Source of the DNA: Clostridia bacterium | GTDB taxonomy: Bacteria; Bacillota; Clostridia; TANB77; CAG-508 | DNA: 64,000 bases | NCBI GenBank assembly: GCA_900754085.1 | Contig: CAAEBO010000046.1 | Location: forward strand, 42,513 to 106,512 | Direction of reading: 5' to 3' | In this document: one piece after another, positions 46,654 through 55,435 of the stretch | Position numbering within the stretch: position 1 is the stretch's first letter | How the letters are laid out: each line of letters opens with the position of its first letter | Program-made: the position numbers and the translations under genes | The notes under the pieces: generated by a model | Seen by the model: the letters and a program-made list of their open reading frames with translations, nothing else | Databases searched by the model: none | Told to the model about the DNA's origin: nothing

Positions 46654-47184
46654 ATGAATATATGGCATGATATATCAGCAGATAGAATAAAAAAAGACGA
46701 CTTTATATCAGTAGTGGAAATAGAAAAAGGTGGAACAAATAAATATGAATTAGATAAAGCAACAGGACTTTTAAGATTAGATAGAGTTTTATATACATCA
46801 ACACATTATCCTGCAAATTATGGCTTTATACCAAGAACATATGCAGATGATGGAGATCCATTAGATGTTTTAGTAATTTGCCAAGAAAAGATAGTTCCAT
46901 TAACATTAGTAGAATGTTATCCAATAGGTGTAATGATAATGACAGATAATGATGACTTAGATGAAAAAATAATTGCAATTCCAAAGTCAGATCCGTTCTT
47001 AAACGATTATAAAGATATAAATGAATTACCTGATCAATATTCAGCAGAAATTATGCATTTTTTTGAAGTTTACAAACAATTAGAAAACAAAAAGACAGAA
47101 GTAAAAGAAATGTGTGGTAGAGAAACAGCAGAAAAAATAATAGAAAAATGTATAAAAAATTATAATGAGAAATTTTTAAGATAA
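46654..47184 (+). CDS. ppa: Inorganic pyrophosphatase (family I)
   Basis: Family I signature DGDPLDVLV. Length 176 aa. Confidence 0.9.
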   Translation: MNIWHDISADRIKKDDFISVVEIEKGGTNKYELDKATGLLRLDRVLYTSTHYPANYGFIPRTYADDGDPLDVLVICQEKIVPLTLVECYPIGVMIMTDNDDLDEKIIAIPKSDPFLNDYKDINELPDQYSAEIMHFFEVYKQLENKKTEVKEMCGRETAEKIIEKCIKNYNEKFLR

Positions 47185-47205
47185 TTAGAATGTGGGGAAA
47201 AAGAA

Positions 47206-48411
47206 ATGTTAGAAAGAATAATCTTTAATATATTATCCTTTTCTCTTTTTATAATAATCTTCTTTAAGATAATAAAAAAGAATGATACAGCTTATGTGGC
47301 TCCATTAATACTAGAAGCAATAGGAATAGCAATAGGATTAATAGAATTATTAATTGGAAGATTTTTAGGGACGTATGTTAGGGTAATTACATATTTGTTA
47401 GCAGTAGTATTACCATTTGCTATAATTTTATTAGAAAAGTATGGAATAAATTTTTCAGAATGGTTGTATATTTTCCTTGCTAAAATATGTAGCTTCTTTA
47501 AGAATAATAAAGAATCAAAAAAATTATTAATGAATTTAATTAATAAATATCCAGAAAGTTACAGTGGTCATAAATTGCTTGCACAGAATTATGAAAAAGA
47601 AGGTGGAATGAGAAAAGCTATAGATGAATATGTTAAAGCAATAGATATTAACAAAAAAGATTATGATTCATATTATAAAATAGCTGAATTGCTAGTTAAT
47701 TTAGAACAAAAAGAAGAAGCAATAGAAATGTTAAACAATTTAATTCACATAAAACCAGATTATTATAATGCCTCAAAATTATTAGGAGGATTACTGTGCG
47801 AACAAGAGAATTTTAAAGAAGCGATAAATGTATATATGACAGCACTAAAATATAATGACAAAGATAGTTTCGAAATATATTATAATTTAGGAATTGCGTA
47901 CACAAGGTTAAATGACTTTCAAAGTGCAAAAAATTCTTATGAAAAGGCTGCAAGTATAAATGCTTTAAACTATAAAGGATATTATAATTTAGGTTTAATA
48001 TCTATGTTGTATGATGACTTAGATGAAGCAGAAAAATATTTTATAGAAGGCATAAAGGTAGAAGATACAGAGCCAGAAAGTTGCTATCAATTAGCTAGAA
48101 TATACATAATAAAAGGAGAGCGAGAAAGGGCAATTAATTATTTAGATAGAGCAATAAATTTAGATAGTTCATTTGCTAAAAAAGCTGAAAAAGATCCTGT
48201 TTTTTTAACAATAGAGAGATATATTCCTAAAAATATAAACAAAATAATTAGAAAGAAAACAAAAATGACGAAATCAGAATTGTTAGTAAAAAATCATCTT
48301 GAAGAAACATATTTATTAGTAGGAAAAATAAGCAAGAATGATTTAAAAAATATGAATATTATCAAAGGAAAAGAAATAAATATACAGAAAGATGAAAGAG
48401 AAAATTTATAG
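47206..48411 (+). CDS. Membrane-anchored TPR-repeat protein
   Basis: Two N-terminal TM segments, then multiple 34-aa TPR-like repeats. Confidence 0.7.
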   Translation: MLERIIFNILSFSLFIIIFFKIIKKNDTAYVAPLILEAIGIAIGLIELLIGRFLGTYVRVITYLLAVVLPFAIILLEKYGINFSEWLYIFLAKICSFFKNNKESKKLLMNLINKYPESYSGHKLLAQNYEKEGGMRKAIDEYVKAIDINKKDYDSYYKIAELLVNLEQKEEAIEMLNNLIHIKPDYYNASKLLGGLLCEQENFKEAINVYMTALKYNDKDSFEIYYNLGIAYTRLNDFQSAKNSYEKAASINALNYKGYYNLGLISMLYDDLDEAEKYFIEGIKVEDTEPESCYQLARIYIIKGERERAINYLDRAINLDSSFAKKAEKDPVFLTIERYIPKNINKIIRKKTKMTKSELLVKNHLEETYLLVGKISKNDLKNMNIIKGKEINIQKDERENL

Positions 48412-48420
48412 GAGGCTATT

Positions 48421-49278
48421 ATGAAAAATATTTCGATTATAGGTGGAGATTTAAGAATTGTAAAACTTGTAGATATGCTAAATGCAGATGGTTATAATGT
48501 GTATACATATGGGGTAGAACAAGCCAATATTGAAAATACACAAAAATGCGAAAGCATAGAGGAAGTTTCAGAAAAATCAGATATAATTGTAAGTTCAATT
48601 CCTTTTACAAGTGATGGAATTAATGTAAATACACCATTTAGTAAAAGAAAAATATCAATTGAAGAAGTGGCTAAACATATTAAAGGTAAGACATTTATTG
48701 CAGGAAGAATAGAAGAAGAACTATACCAAAAGTTTAATGAAACAAAAGTGATAGATTTACTAAAAAGAGAAGAATTAACTGTTTTAAATACAATTGCTAC
48801 AGCTGAAGGAACAATACAAATTGCAATGGAAGAATCAACAAGAACTTTACATGGAAGTAAAATTTTAGTTATGGGATTTGGTAGAGTAAGTAAAGTATTA
48901 TCAAATATGTTAAAAGGAATTGGTGCAGAAGTATATTGTGAAACTAGAACAACAGTTAATTGTGCATGGATAAAAGCATATGGATATAATCCAATTTTAC
49001 TAGATGAATTAGATGAAAATTTAAATAAATTTGATATAATAATAAATACAATTCCTCATATTATATTAAATAAAGAAAGATTAAAAAATGTAAAAAAAGA
49101 TTGTATCATAATAGATATTGCTTCAAATCCTGGAGGAGTTGATAGAAACAGTGCTAAAGAATTAGGAATAAAAATGATTTGGGCACTTTCACTACCTGGA
49201 AGAGTAGCTCCTATAACTTCAGCAGAGTTTATAAAAGAAACATTAGAAAATATATTAAAAGACTTAAAAAACAATTAG
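48421..49278 (+). CDS. dpaA: Dipicolinate synthase subunit A (SpoVFA-like)
   Basis: IIGGDLR N-terminus, (S/N)IxTAEGT and IxNTIP motifs colinear with B. subtilis DpaA. Confidence 0.7.
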   Translation: MKNISIIGGDLRIVKLVDMLNADGYNVYTYGVEQANIENTQKCESIEEVSEKSDIIVSSIPFTSDGINVNTPFSKRKISIEEVAKHIKGKTFIAGRIEEELYQKFNETKVIDLLKREELTVLNTIATAEGTIQIAMEESTRTLHGSKILVMGFGRVSKVLSNMLKGIGAEVYCETRTTVNCAWIKAYGYNPILLDELDENLNKFDIIINTIPHIILNKERLKNVKKDCIIIDIASNPGGVDRNSAKELGIKMIWALSLPGRVAPITSAEFIKETLENILKDLKNN

Positions 49279-49296
49279 AAAAGGGAGAAACATAAA

Positions 49297-50091
49297 ATGA
49301 TGGAAATAACAATTTTTAGAGCAATAATATTAGGAGCAGTTCAAGGTCTTACAGAATTACTACCAATATCAAGCTCTGCGCACTTATTTATAATACCATG
49401 GATTTGTGGATGGGGTGAGATAGGCGATTTTGATGTAGCTTTACATTTTGGTACTTTGCTTGCAATAGGAATATTTTTCTTTAAAGATTGGTTAAAACTA
49501 ATAAAAGGTGGATATGACCAAGCTGTAAAAAAGAAAAAAACATTTGAAGGAAAAATGTTTTGGTATATAGTAATTGCAACAATTCCAGGAGGAATTATTG
49601 GATATTTACTAGATCACTATTGCTCAGATATATTAACAAGACCAGAAATTATAGGATGTGCTTTAATTTTTATGGGTATAGTTTTATATATAATAGATAG
49701 AAAAGCAAAATCAAAAGTAAAATATGAAGAAATGAATTTTAAACAAACATTTTTAATAGGTTTATCACAAGCGCTAGCGTTTATACCAGGTGTTTCTAGG
49801 TCTGGAGTAACTATGACGACAGCTAGAGCAATGGGAATAGAAAGAGAATCAGCAGCTAAATATTCTTTTATGTTATCAGCTCCAATAGTATTAGCAGCTA
49901 CAATATTTAAATTAAAAGATTTTGTTTTTAGCGTACCATTTTTTGTTGGAATACTAGTAAGCTTTTTAGTTGGAATAGTAGTTATTAAATTTTTACTAAA
50001 ATATTTACAAAAAGGCGATTTTAAAATATTTGCAATATATAGAATCGTTATAGGTATTGTTGTATTATTAATATTTATAAACAGAGTATAA
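49297..50091 (+). CDS. uppP: Undecaprenyl-diphosphatase
   Basis: VQGLTELLPISSSAHL signature, with 8 TM segments. Confidence 0.9.
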   Translation: MMEITIFRAIILGAVQGLTELLPISSSAHLFIIPWICGWGEIGDFDVALHFGTLLAIGIFFFKDWLKLIKGGYDQAVKKKKTFEGKMFWYIVIATIPGGIIGYLLDHYCSDILTRPEIIGCALIFMGIVLYIIDRKAKSKVKYEEMNFKQTFLIGLSQALAFIPGVSRSGVTMTTARAMGIERESAAKYSFMLSAPIVLAATIFKLKDFVFSVPFFVGILVSFLVGIVVIKFLLKYLQKGDFKIFAIYRIVIGIVVLLIFINRV

Positions 50092-50216
50092 GATAGAGTT
50101 TTTCTCTATCTTTTTTTGTAGAATTAAAAAAAATACTTATAAATTATTGATATTTTGAAGATAGTATTGTATGATAGTAGAGTATAATATATCAAGCGGA
50201 AAGGGGTAAAAACCTA

Positions 50217-50627
50217 ATGAATAAAATAATAGTAAAAGTACTTACCTGTTGTTTCTTAGTAACATTATTTGCATTAAGTACACAAATAGTATATGCAGAT
50301 TCAGTGGAACAAATAGAAGCACAAGGAGCAGGGCAATTAGTTCAAATAAAAGAAAATTCAGAGAAAAAACTAGAAGATTATAAAGACGAATATGGGTCAG
50401 ACGCATATGGTATTGCTGCATATATATTAAATGTAGTAAGAGTATATAGCATACCTGTATGCTTTGTAGGAATAGCAATTGGAGGAATTTATCAAATAAT
50501 AGGTATTCGTAAGCTTGATGAAAGAGATAGAGGCTTTGGAATAATGATAGGATGTATAACTGTATTAGTAATAACACAACTATTACCACTTATATTTGCT
50601 ATAGTTGTAAAAGGTTGGAGGGGTTAA
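50217..50627 (+). CDS. Small secreted or membrane protein (signal peptide plus two TM helices), first gene of the novel three-gene module
   Basis: Signal peptide ending VYA|DS, a charged 40-aa segment, then two hydrophobic helices. An SD is present, and its stop lies 4 nt before the next start. Confidence 0.55.
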   Translation: MNKIIVKVLTCCFLVTLFALSTQIVYADSVEQIEAQGAGQLVQIKENSEKKLEDYKDEYGSDAYGIAAYILNVVRVYSIPVCFVGIAIGGIYQIIGIRKLDERDRGFGIMIGCITVLVITQLLPLIFAIVVKGWRG

Positions 50628-50630
50628 CAA

Positions 50631-52925
50631 ATGAAAATATTATTTGCAGTAAATAATGAGAAAATATCAAAATCCATTATAAAGAAATATCAAAATGAAT
50701 ATAAAGAAATAATATCTTATAAAAATGTATATTATTTTAATGCTATTTTAAAAGAGTTACAAAAAGACAACACTTATGATCGAATTATAATAAGTGAAGA
50801 CTTAGAGCCTTTTACAAATAATAATTACGAACAAATAGACAAATTTATATTCGAAAGACTAGATAATATTAGTGATGAAGCTACAAATACGTCAAGATCA
50901 GATACTCCAATAATATTAATAAGTTCAGATAGACGTACAAAATCAGATGAAATATTAATAAAATTATTTAGTATAGGAATATATAATGCTCTTATTGGAA
51001 CAGACAGAAATATAGATGAAATTTGTAAATTAATCAAAGTGCCAAGAACAAAAAAAGAAGCAAAATTATATTATAAAATTGATTCAGAAGAAGTAACATA
51101 TCAATCAGAGAGTGAAAACGATGTTAGTGAGTCAGAAATACAAAGTATTTTAGCACACTATAAAAAAATTGGAAGAGATGAGCAAAAATGTGTGGATAGT
51201 TTTGACTCTATAGCTCAGCAATATACAGATATACAATTAAAAGCTATAGCAAGTTTTTTACCATTAAATGTAAAGGCTATATTAGAAGAAAGATCAGCTA
51301 AATATCAACAAATAATGTCAATTGCTGGAGGAAAAGCTAATAATACAAGTGATATTAAAAATAATGAAAATGAAGATAATGGACTAAAAATAGGATTTAT
51401 AGAAACTGCAAATAGTAAAAAGAATCTTGGAAGACCAGTTATAATCCCATCAGCTGTTAATACAAATAAAGTGAAAAAAATGTCTTCAAAATCACAAACT
51501 ACATCTGGATTAAACATACCAGAGCCAATAGAACCAATAATAGATTCTTTTGACGATGATATAGTAGAAGAAGTAGAAGAGGTAAAACCAAAAAGAAGAG
51601 GAAGACCTCCTAAGAAAAAGGTAGAGGAAAATGTACCTAAAGTAGAAGAAAATGAGCCAAAAAGAAGAGGAAGACCTCCTAAGAAGAAACTAGAAGAAGA
51701 TAATAATTTAAACGAGATGCCAGGATTTGATGAAGATGATTCAGATTTAATAAATACGATGCCAGGTTTTGACGATGACGACGATACAGATGTAAATGTA
51801 ATGCCAGGATTTGACGACGATAATACAACATTAAATAGTAGGCCAGGTTTTGATGAAGACGATTCAGATTTAATAAATACGATGCCAGGTTTTGATGATG
51901 ATAATACACATATAAATGATATTACATCAAATAATATAAATAATGGATATAATACTTTTAATTTAAATTCATCTAATAATTCAAATGATTATAATCCAAC
52001 TAAATTAACAAATACTAGAAGAACATATCCAACAGATTCTATAAATGCGTTACTAACCAGAGAAAAGAAAATAGTAACATTTGTTGGAACAAGCAAAAAT
52101 GGAACATCATTTTTAGTAAATAACTTAGCGCTTAGTTTAGCTAAAAAAGGAATTGATGTTGCAATATTGGATGCAACAAAAAATAGAAATGCATATTATA
52201 TATATACAGAAAACGAAGAAGATTTAAGACAAATTGCAGAAAAAAGTATACCAAATTTAATAAATGGAATAGCATCAGGACTAAAAGTTGAAAAAAATCT
52301 TACAGTATACACAGCATTACCAGAAGATGATATTCCAATGGAAAGATATGAAGAAATATTGGCTACTTTAATAAAAAATCATTCATTAGTACTAATAGAT
52401 TGTGACTTTGAAACAGATTTTGGATATTTTGCAGCATCACAAGAAATATATTTAGTACAAAGTATGGACATATTAACAATACAACCACTTACAGCATTTT
52501 TTAGAGATTTACAAAGTAAAAACATTTATCAACCAGAAAACTTAAGAATTGTAATAAATAAAGAATTACCAGTAAAAACATTAACAGTAAAAAATATTAT
52601 AGGCGGATTATCTTTCTATAATGATCCATCAATGTCATTCATGAGGGAATTATTTAACAGAGAAACAGCTAAATATTGTACAATTCCATTTGAAATAGCA
52701 ACATATTCAAAATATTTAGAAGGATTGGTAAATTGTAAAATATCATTAAATGGATATTCAAAAGAATTTTTACAATCATTAAGAACACTAGAAAATATGG
52801 TATATCCATTAATGGAACCAACAGTAAATTCAAATAAAAATGTTAAGGGAAACAACAGCTATGAAAGAACTAGATTTTCAAGTGAAATGAATGACACATT
52901 AAATCAAATGAAGAAAAATTTTTAG
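50631..52925 (+). CDS. Multidomain protein with a pseudo-receiver N-domain, two AT-hooks, five acidic MPGFDxDD repeats and a degenerate ParA/MinD-like (SIMIBI) ATPase domain
   Basis: N-terminus is CheY-like but has NN and E where the acidic pocket should be. KPKRRGRPPKKK occurs twice. There are 5 x 14-aa repeats. The C-terminus has GTSKNGTS where GKGGxGK[ST] is expected, and LVLIDCD as a Walker B-like motif. Confidence 0.7.
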   Translation: MKILFAVNNEKISKSIIKKYQNEYKEIISYKNVYYFNAILKELQKDNTYDRIIISEDLEPFTNNNYEQIDKFIFERLDNISDEATNTSRSDTPIILISSDRRTKSDEILIKLFSIGIYNALIGTDRNIDEICKLIKVPRTKKEAKLYYKIDSEEVTYQSESENDVSESEIQSILAHYKKIGRDEQKCVDSFDSIAQQYTDIQLKAIASFLPLNVKAILEERSAKYQQIMSIAGGKANNTSDIKNNENEDNGLKIGFIETANSKKNLGRPVIIPSAVNTNKVKKMSSKSQTTSGLNIPEPIEPIIDSFDDDIVEEVEEVKPKRRGRPPKKKVEENVPKVEENEPKRRGRPPKKKLEEDNNLNEMPGFDEDDSDLINTMPGFDDDDDTDVNVMPGFDDDNTTLNSRPGFDEDDSDLINTMPGFDDDNTHINDITSNNINNGYNTFNLNSSNNSNDYNPTKLTNTRRTYPTDSINALLTREKKIVTFVGTSKNGTSFLVNNLALSLAKKGIDVAILDATKNRNAYYIYTENEEDLRQIAEKSIPNLINGIASGLKVEKNLTVYTALPEDDIPMERYEEILATLIKNHSLVLIDCDFETDFGYFAASQEIYLVQSMDILTIQPLTAFFRDLQSKNIYQPENLRIVINKELPVKTLTVKNIIGGLSFYNDPSMSFMRELFNRETAKYCTIPFEIATYSKYLEGLVNCKISLNGYSKEFLQSLRTLENMVYPLMEPTVNSNKNVKGNNSYERTRFSSEMNDTLNQMKKNF
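51716..51925 (+). repeat. Five in-frame 42-nt tandem repeats encoding MPGFD(E/D)DD...
   Basis: atgccaggWtttgaYgaWga... recurs with a 42-nt period. The AT-hook-coding 29-mers are also duplicated at 51587 and 51656. Confidence 0.8.
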
Positions 52926-52948
52926 AATAATATAGGGGTGAAAAAGCT

Positions 52949-54070
52949 TTGACAGTAGCAATATTAGTAACTATAGTTATATTGGTTTGCATAATAATAG
53001 CGTTAATGATATATAATATTTCTATTCACAAAAAGATAGCCAAATTTAGTAATATAAGTGAAAAAATAAATGGACTAAATGTATTACAAAATTTTATGGA
53101 TACAATAGGAGAATACTCAAGTGTAGAAGAAAAAATACAAAAAATAAATGAAATTATTTTAAATAAATATAGTATATTAAAATATTCTACAATAGTTGTA
53201 TTTAATGGTGCTGAATATGATTTAAAAGCTTCAAATGTAGACGAAAAGCATTGGCAGACTTTAACCGAATTGGGTGAAGAAGAAATATTTAAAGATAGTA
53301 TTGCAACAGCAACACCAAAATATATAACTGTAGAAAAAGAATCAGAAAAGTTACCATATCAAAAAATGGAATTTGGACGAGCAAAATCTGCAATGTTCTT
53401 TCCATTGTATATAGATAATGTTTATATTGGTTATTGGTTAATAGAAAGCAGTGAAATTCATGCTTTTGATTCAATAGATACAGCCATAATAGAAGTAATT
53501 AGAGATAATATAGTAACAATATTGAAGACAGTTCAATATCAAAATACAGTAGAAAATACTGTAAGACAAGATTTATTTACAGGTTTAAATTCTGCTGAAT
53601 ACTTGTATGGGCTAGGAAAAAAAGAAATAGATAAATATACAATTTCAACAGTATGTATGTTTAGAATAACGAATATAGAAGAAATAAATGAAAAAATAAG
53701 TAGACATTTAGGTAATAAAGTAATTACAGAAGTAAGTAGATTTTTTGAAAATAATATATCTAAGGAATATTTATTTGTAAGATATATGGGACCTAAATTT
53801 GTAATAGTATTTTCGGGTGTACAATCAGAAGACGTTGCAAACTTTTTAGAAGATATAAAAGCACAAATAGAAGAAATGCAAATACATCCAGATTTAGATG
53901 ACAAAGCAATAGCTAATGTGAAAAATAAAGAAGAAATATATGTTAGTCCAAGATTAAATTTTGTATTAACATCATATTATAAAGGTACATCTATGGATGG
54001 ATTAACTAAGAAGTTAGAAGAATATATAGATAATGCAAATAAGGGTGAAAGTGATATAAATTATATTTAA
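52949..54070 (+). CDS. Membrane protein with a GAF-like domain and a degenerate GGDEF domain (MGPKF where GG[D/E]EF is expected)
   Basis: N-terminal TM. RQDLFTGLNS lines up with GGDEF RDxLTGLxNR, HLGNKV with GHxxGD, and RYMGPKFVIVF with RxGGDEFxxl. TTG start with an SD. Confidence 0.65.
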   Translation: MTVAILVTIVILVCIIIALMIYNISIHKKIAKFSNISEKINGLNVLQNFMDTIGEYSSVEEKIQKINEIILNKYSILKYSTIVVFNGAEYDLKASNVDEKHWQTLTELGEEEIFKDSIATATPKYITVEKESEKLPYQKMEFGRAKSAMFFPLYIDNVYIGYWLIESSEIHAFDSIDTAIIEVIRDNIVTILKTVQYQNTVENTVRQDLFTGLNSAEYLYGLGKKEIDKYTISTVCMFRITNIEEINEKISRHLGNKVITEVSRFFENNISKEYLFVRYMGPKFVIVFSGVQSEDVANFLEDIKAQIEEMQIHPDLDDKAIANVKNKEEIYVSPRLNFVLTSYYKGTSMDGLTKKLEEYIDNANKGESDINYI

Positions 54071-54085
54071 AAGGAGGAAAGAAGT

Positions 54086-54343
54086 ATGGCAAATTTTGAT
54101 AAAACAATGAGTTTTAAAGTAGAAAGAGATGCAAGTATTAAAGTAAAGGAAATTTTGAAAGAAGTTTATGACGCTTTAGTAGAAAAAGGATATAATCCAA
54201 TAAACCAAATTGTAGGATATATACTATCTGGAGATCCAACTTATATTACTAGTTATAATGATGCAAGAAATAAAATAAGATTAATAGAACGTGATGAATT
54301 ACTAGAAAAAATGGTTAAAAATTATATAGGATTAGAAGAATAA
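54086..54343 (+). CDS. IreB/UPF0297 family protein (YrzL-like)
   Basis: ...[21 protein letters not shown]... conserved core. Arranged as in the ireB-ruvX-yrzB operon. Confidence 0.8.
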   Translation: MANFDKTMSFKVERDASIKVKEILKEVYDALVEKGYNPINQIVGYILSGDPTYITSYNDARNKIRLIERDELLEKMVKNYIGLEE

Positions 54344-54347
54344 TAAT

Positions 54348-54770
54348 ATGAGAATATTAGGAATAGATTATGGTGATGCAAGGACTGGTGTAGCTATAAC
54401 AGATCCATTAGGAATTACAGCACAAGGACTAAAAACTATAAACAATCAAAATAGTGATAAAATTTTACTTAAAGAAATTGAAGAGATAGTAAATGAATAT
54501 AATGTATCTAAAATAGTAATAGGTATGCCACTAAATTTAAAAGGTGAAAAAACGGTACGTGCAGAGAAAACAGAAAAATTTATTCATAAATTAAAATGTA
54601 AATTTGGTAAAATGCCTATAGAAATAGTAGATGAAAGGCTAACAACAGTTCAAGCACACAAAACTATGAATTTTTTAGATGTAAATAAAAGAAACAAAAA
54701 AAATATAGTAGATACTATAGCTGCTGTATACATTTTAGAAACATATATGAGAAAAGAAGAGAAAAAATAG
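54348..54770 (+). CDS. ruvX: Putative Holliday junction resolvase / pre-16S rRNA nuclease YqgF
   Basis: ILGIDYGxxRTGVAI RNase H-like N-terminus. Confidence 0.9.
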   Translation: MRILGIDYGDARTGVAITDPLGITAQGLKTINNQNSDKILLKEIEEIVNEYNVSKIVIGMPLNLKGEKTVRAEKTEKFIHKLKCKFGKMPIEIVDERLTTVQAHKTMNFLDVNKRNKKNIVDTIAAVYILETYMRKEEKK

Positions 54771-54847
54771 TTGCAAAAAATACAAAAATAGTATATGATA
54801 GTGAAAATTGAAAATAATAATAATTAAGATATCGAAAGGAGAATAAT

Positions 54848-55162
54848 ATGAGTGAAGATATCAATACACCAAATAATGGTGAAGAATTAGACAACATAAT
54901 AATTTTAAATGATGAAAATGGAAATGAAGTAAAATTTGAATTCTTAGATTTAATGGAATATGAAGGAGAAGAATATATAATCTTACTACCAACAGAAGAA
55001 AGTGAAGATAATGACGAAGTCGTTATCTTAAAAGTTGAAGATGTAGAAGACGATCCAGATATGGAAACTTATGTTAGCGTAGATGACGAAGATACTTTAA
55101 ATGCAGTATTTGAAATGTTTAAAGAAAAATTTAAAGATGAATTCAATTTTATAGATGAATAG
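54848..55162 (+). CDS. DUF1292 family acidic protein (YrzB-like)
   Basis: Acidic protein of about 100 aa in the conserved position after ruvX. Confidence 0.75.
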   Translation: MSEDINTPNNGEELDNIIILNDENGNEVKFEFLDLMEYEGEEYIILLPTEESEDNDEVVILKVEDVEDDPDMETYVSVDDEDTLNAVFEMFKEKFKDEFNFIDE

Positions 55163-55194
55163 TAAATACATTAAAAAAGAGGAGTAATTATATT

Positions 55195-55392
55195 TTTATA
55201 TTTAGAGAATAAAGGTTATTAGCTGAAAGCCTTTTATATATAATATAATGAAGGTAGCTTTTTTGTAGATATAGTGAAATAATAGTAGCTATATTCGGGT
55301 TGACTCCGTTAAAAGTTATAATGAGTATTTTTAATATTAAGGTGGTACCGTAAGAGTAATCTTGCCCTTAAAGGCAGGCTTACTCTTTTTTT
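55195..55392 (+). ncRNA. T-box riboswitch leader of valS
   Basis: AGAGA box and K-turn-like GA motif in stem I, candidate specifier GUA at about 55249, T-box sequence AAGGTGGTACCG at 55339-55350, and a terminator at 55352-55392 followed by a T-run. Confidence 0.7.
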
Positions 55393-55435
55393 GTATTAGT
55401 ATTAATAGGTATTTTATAAAGAAGGAGGAATTTTT

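Noticed and set aside
51716-51925. Regular 42-nt tandem repeats, possibly a CRISPR or mini-satellite
   Set aside because: They are in-frame and coding (MPGFDxDD units) with no unique spacers of CRISPR type. No cas genes are nearby.
50631-52925. Interpretation as TadZ/CpaE of a Flp/Tad pilus locus
   Set aside because: There is no tadA/cpaF ATPase, no tadB/C, no prepilin peptidase and no Flp-like pilin nearby. The 136-aa upstream protein is too long for an Flp pilin. Only the general TadZ-like domain logic was kept.
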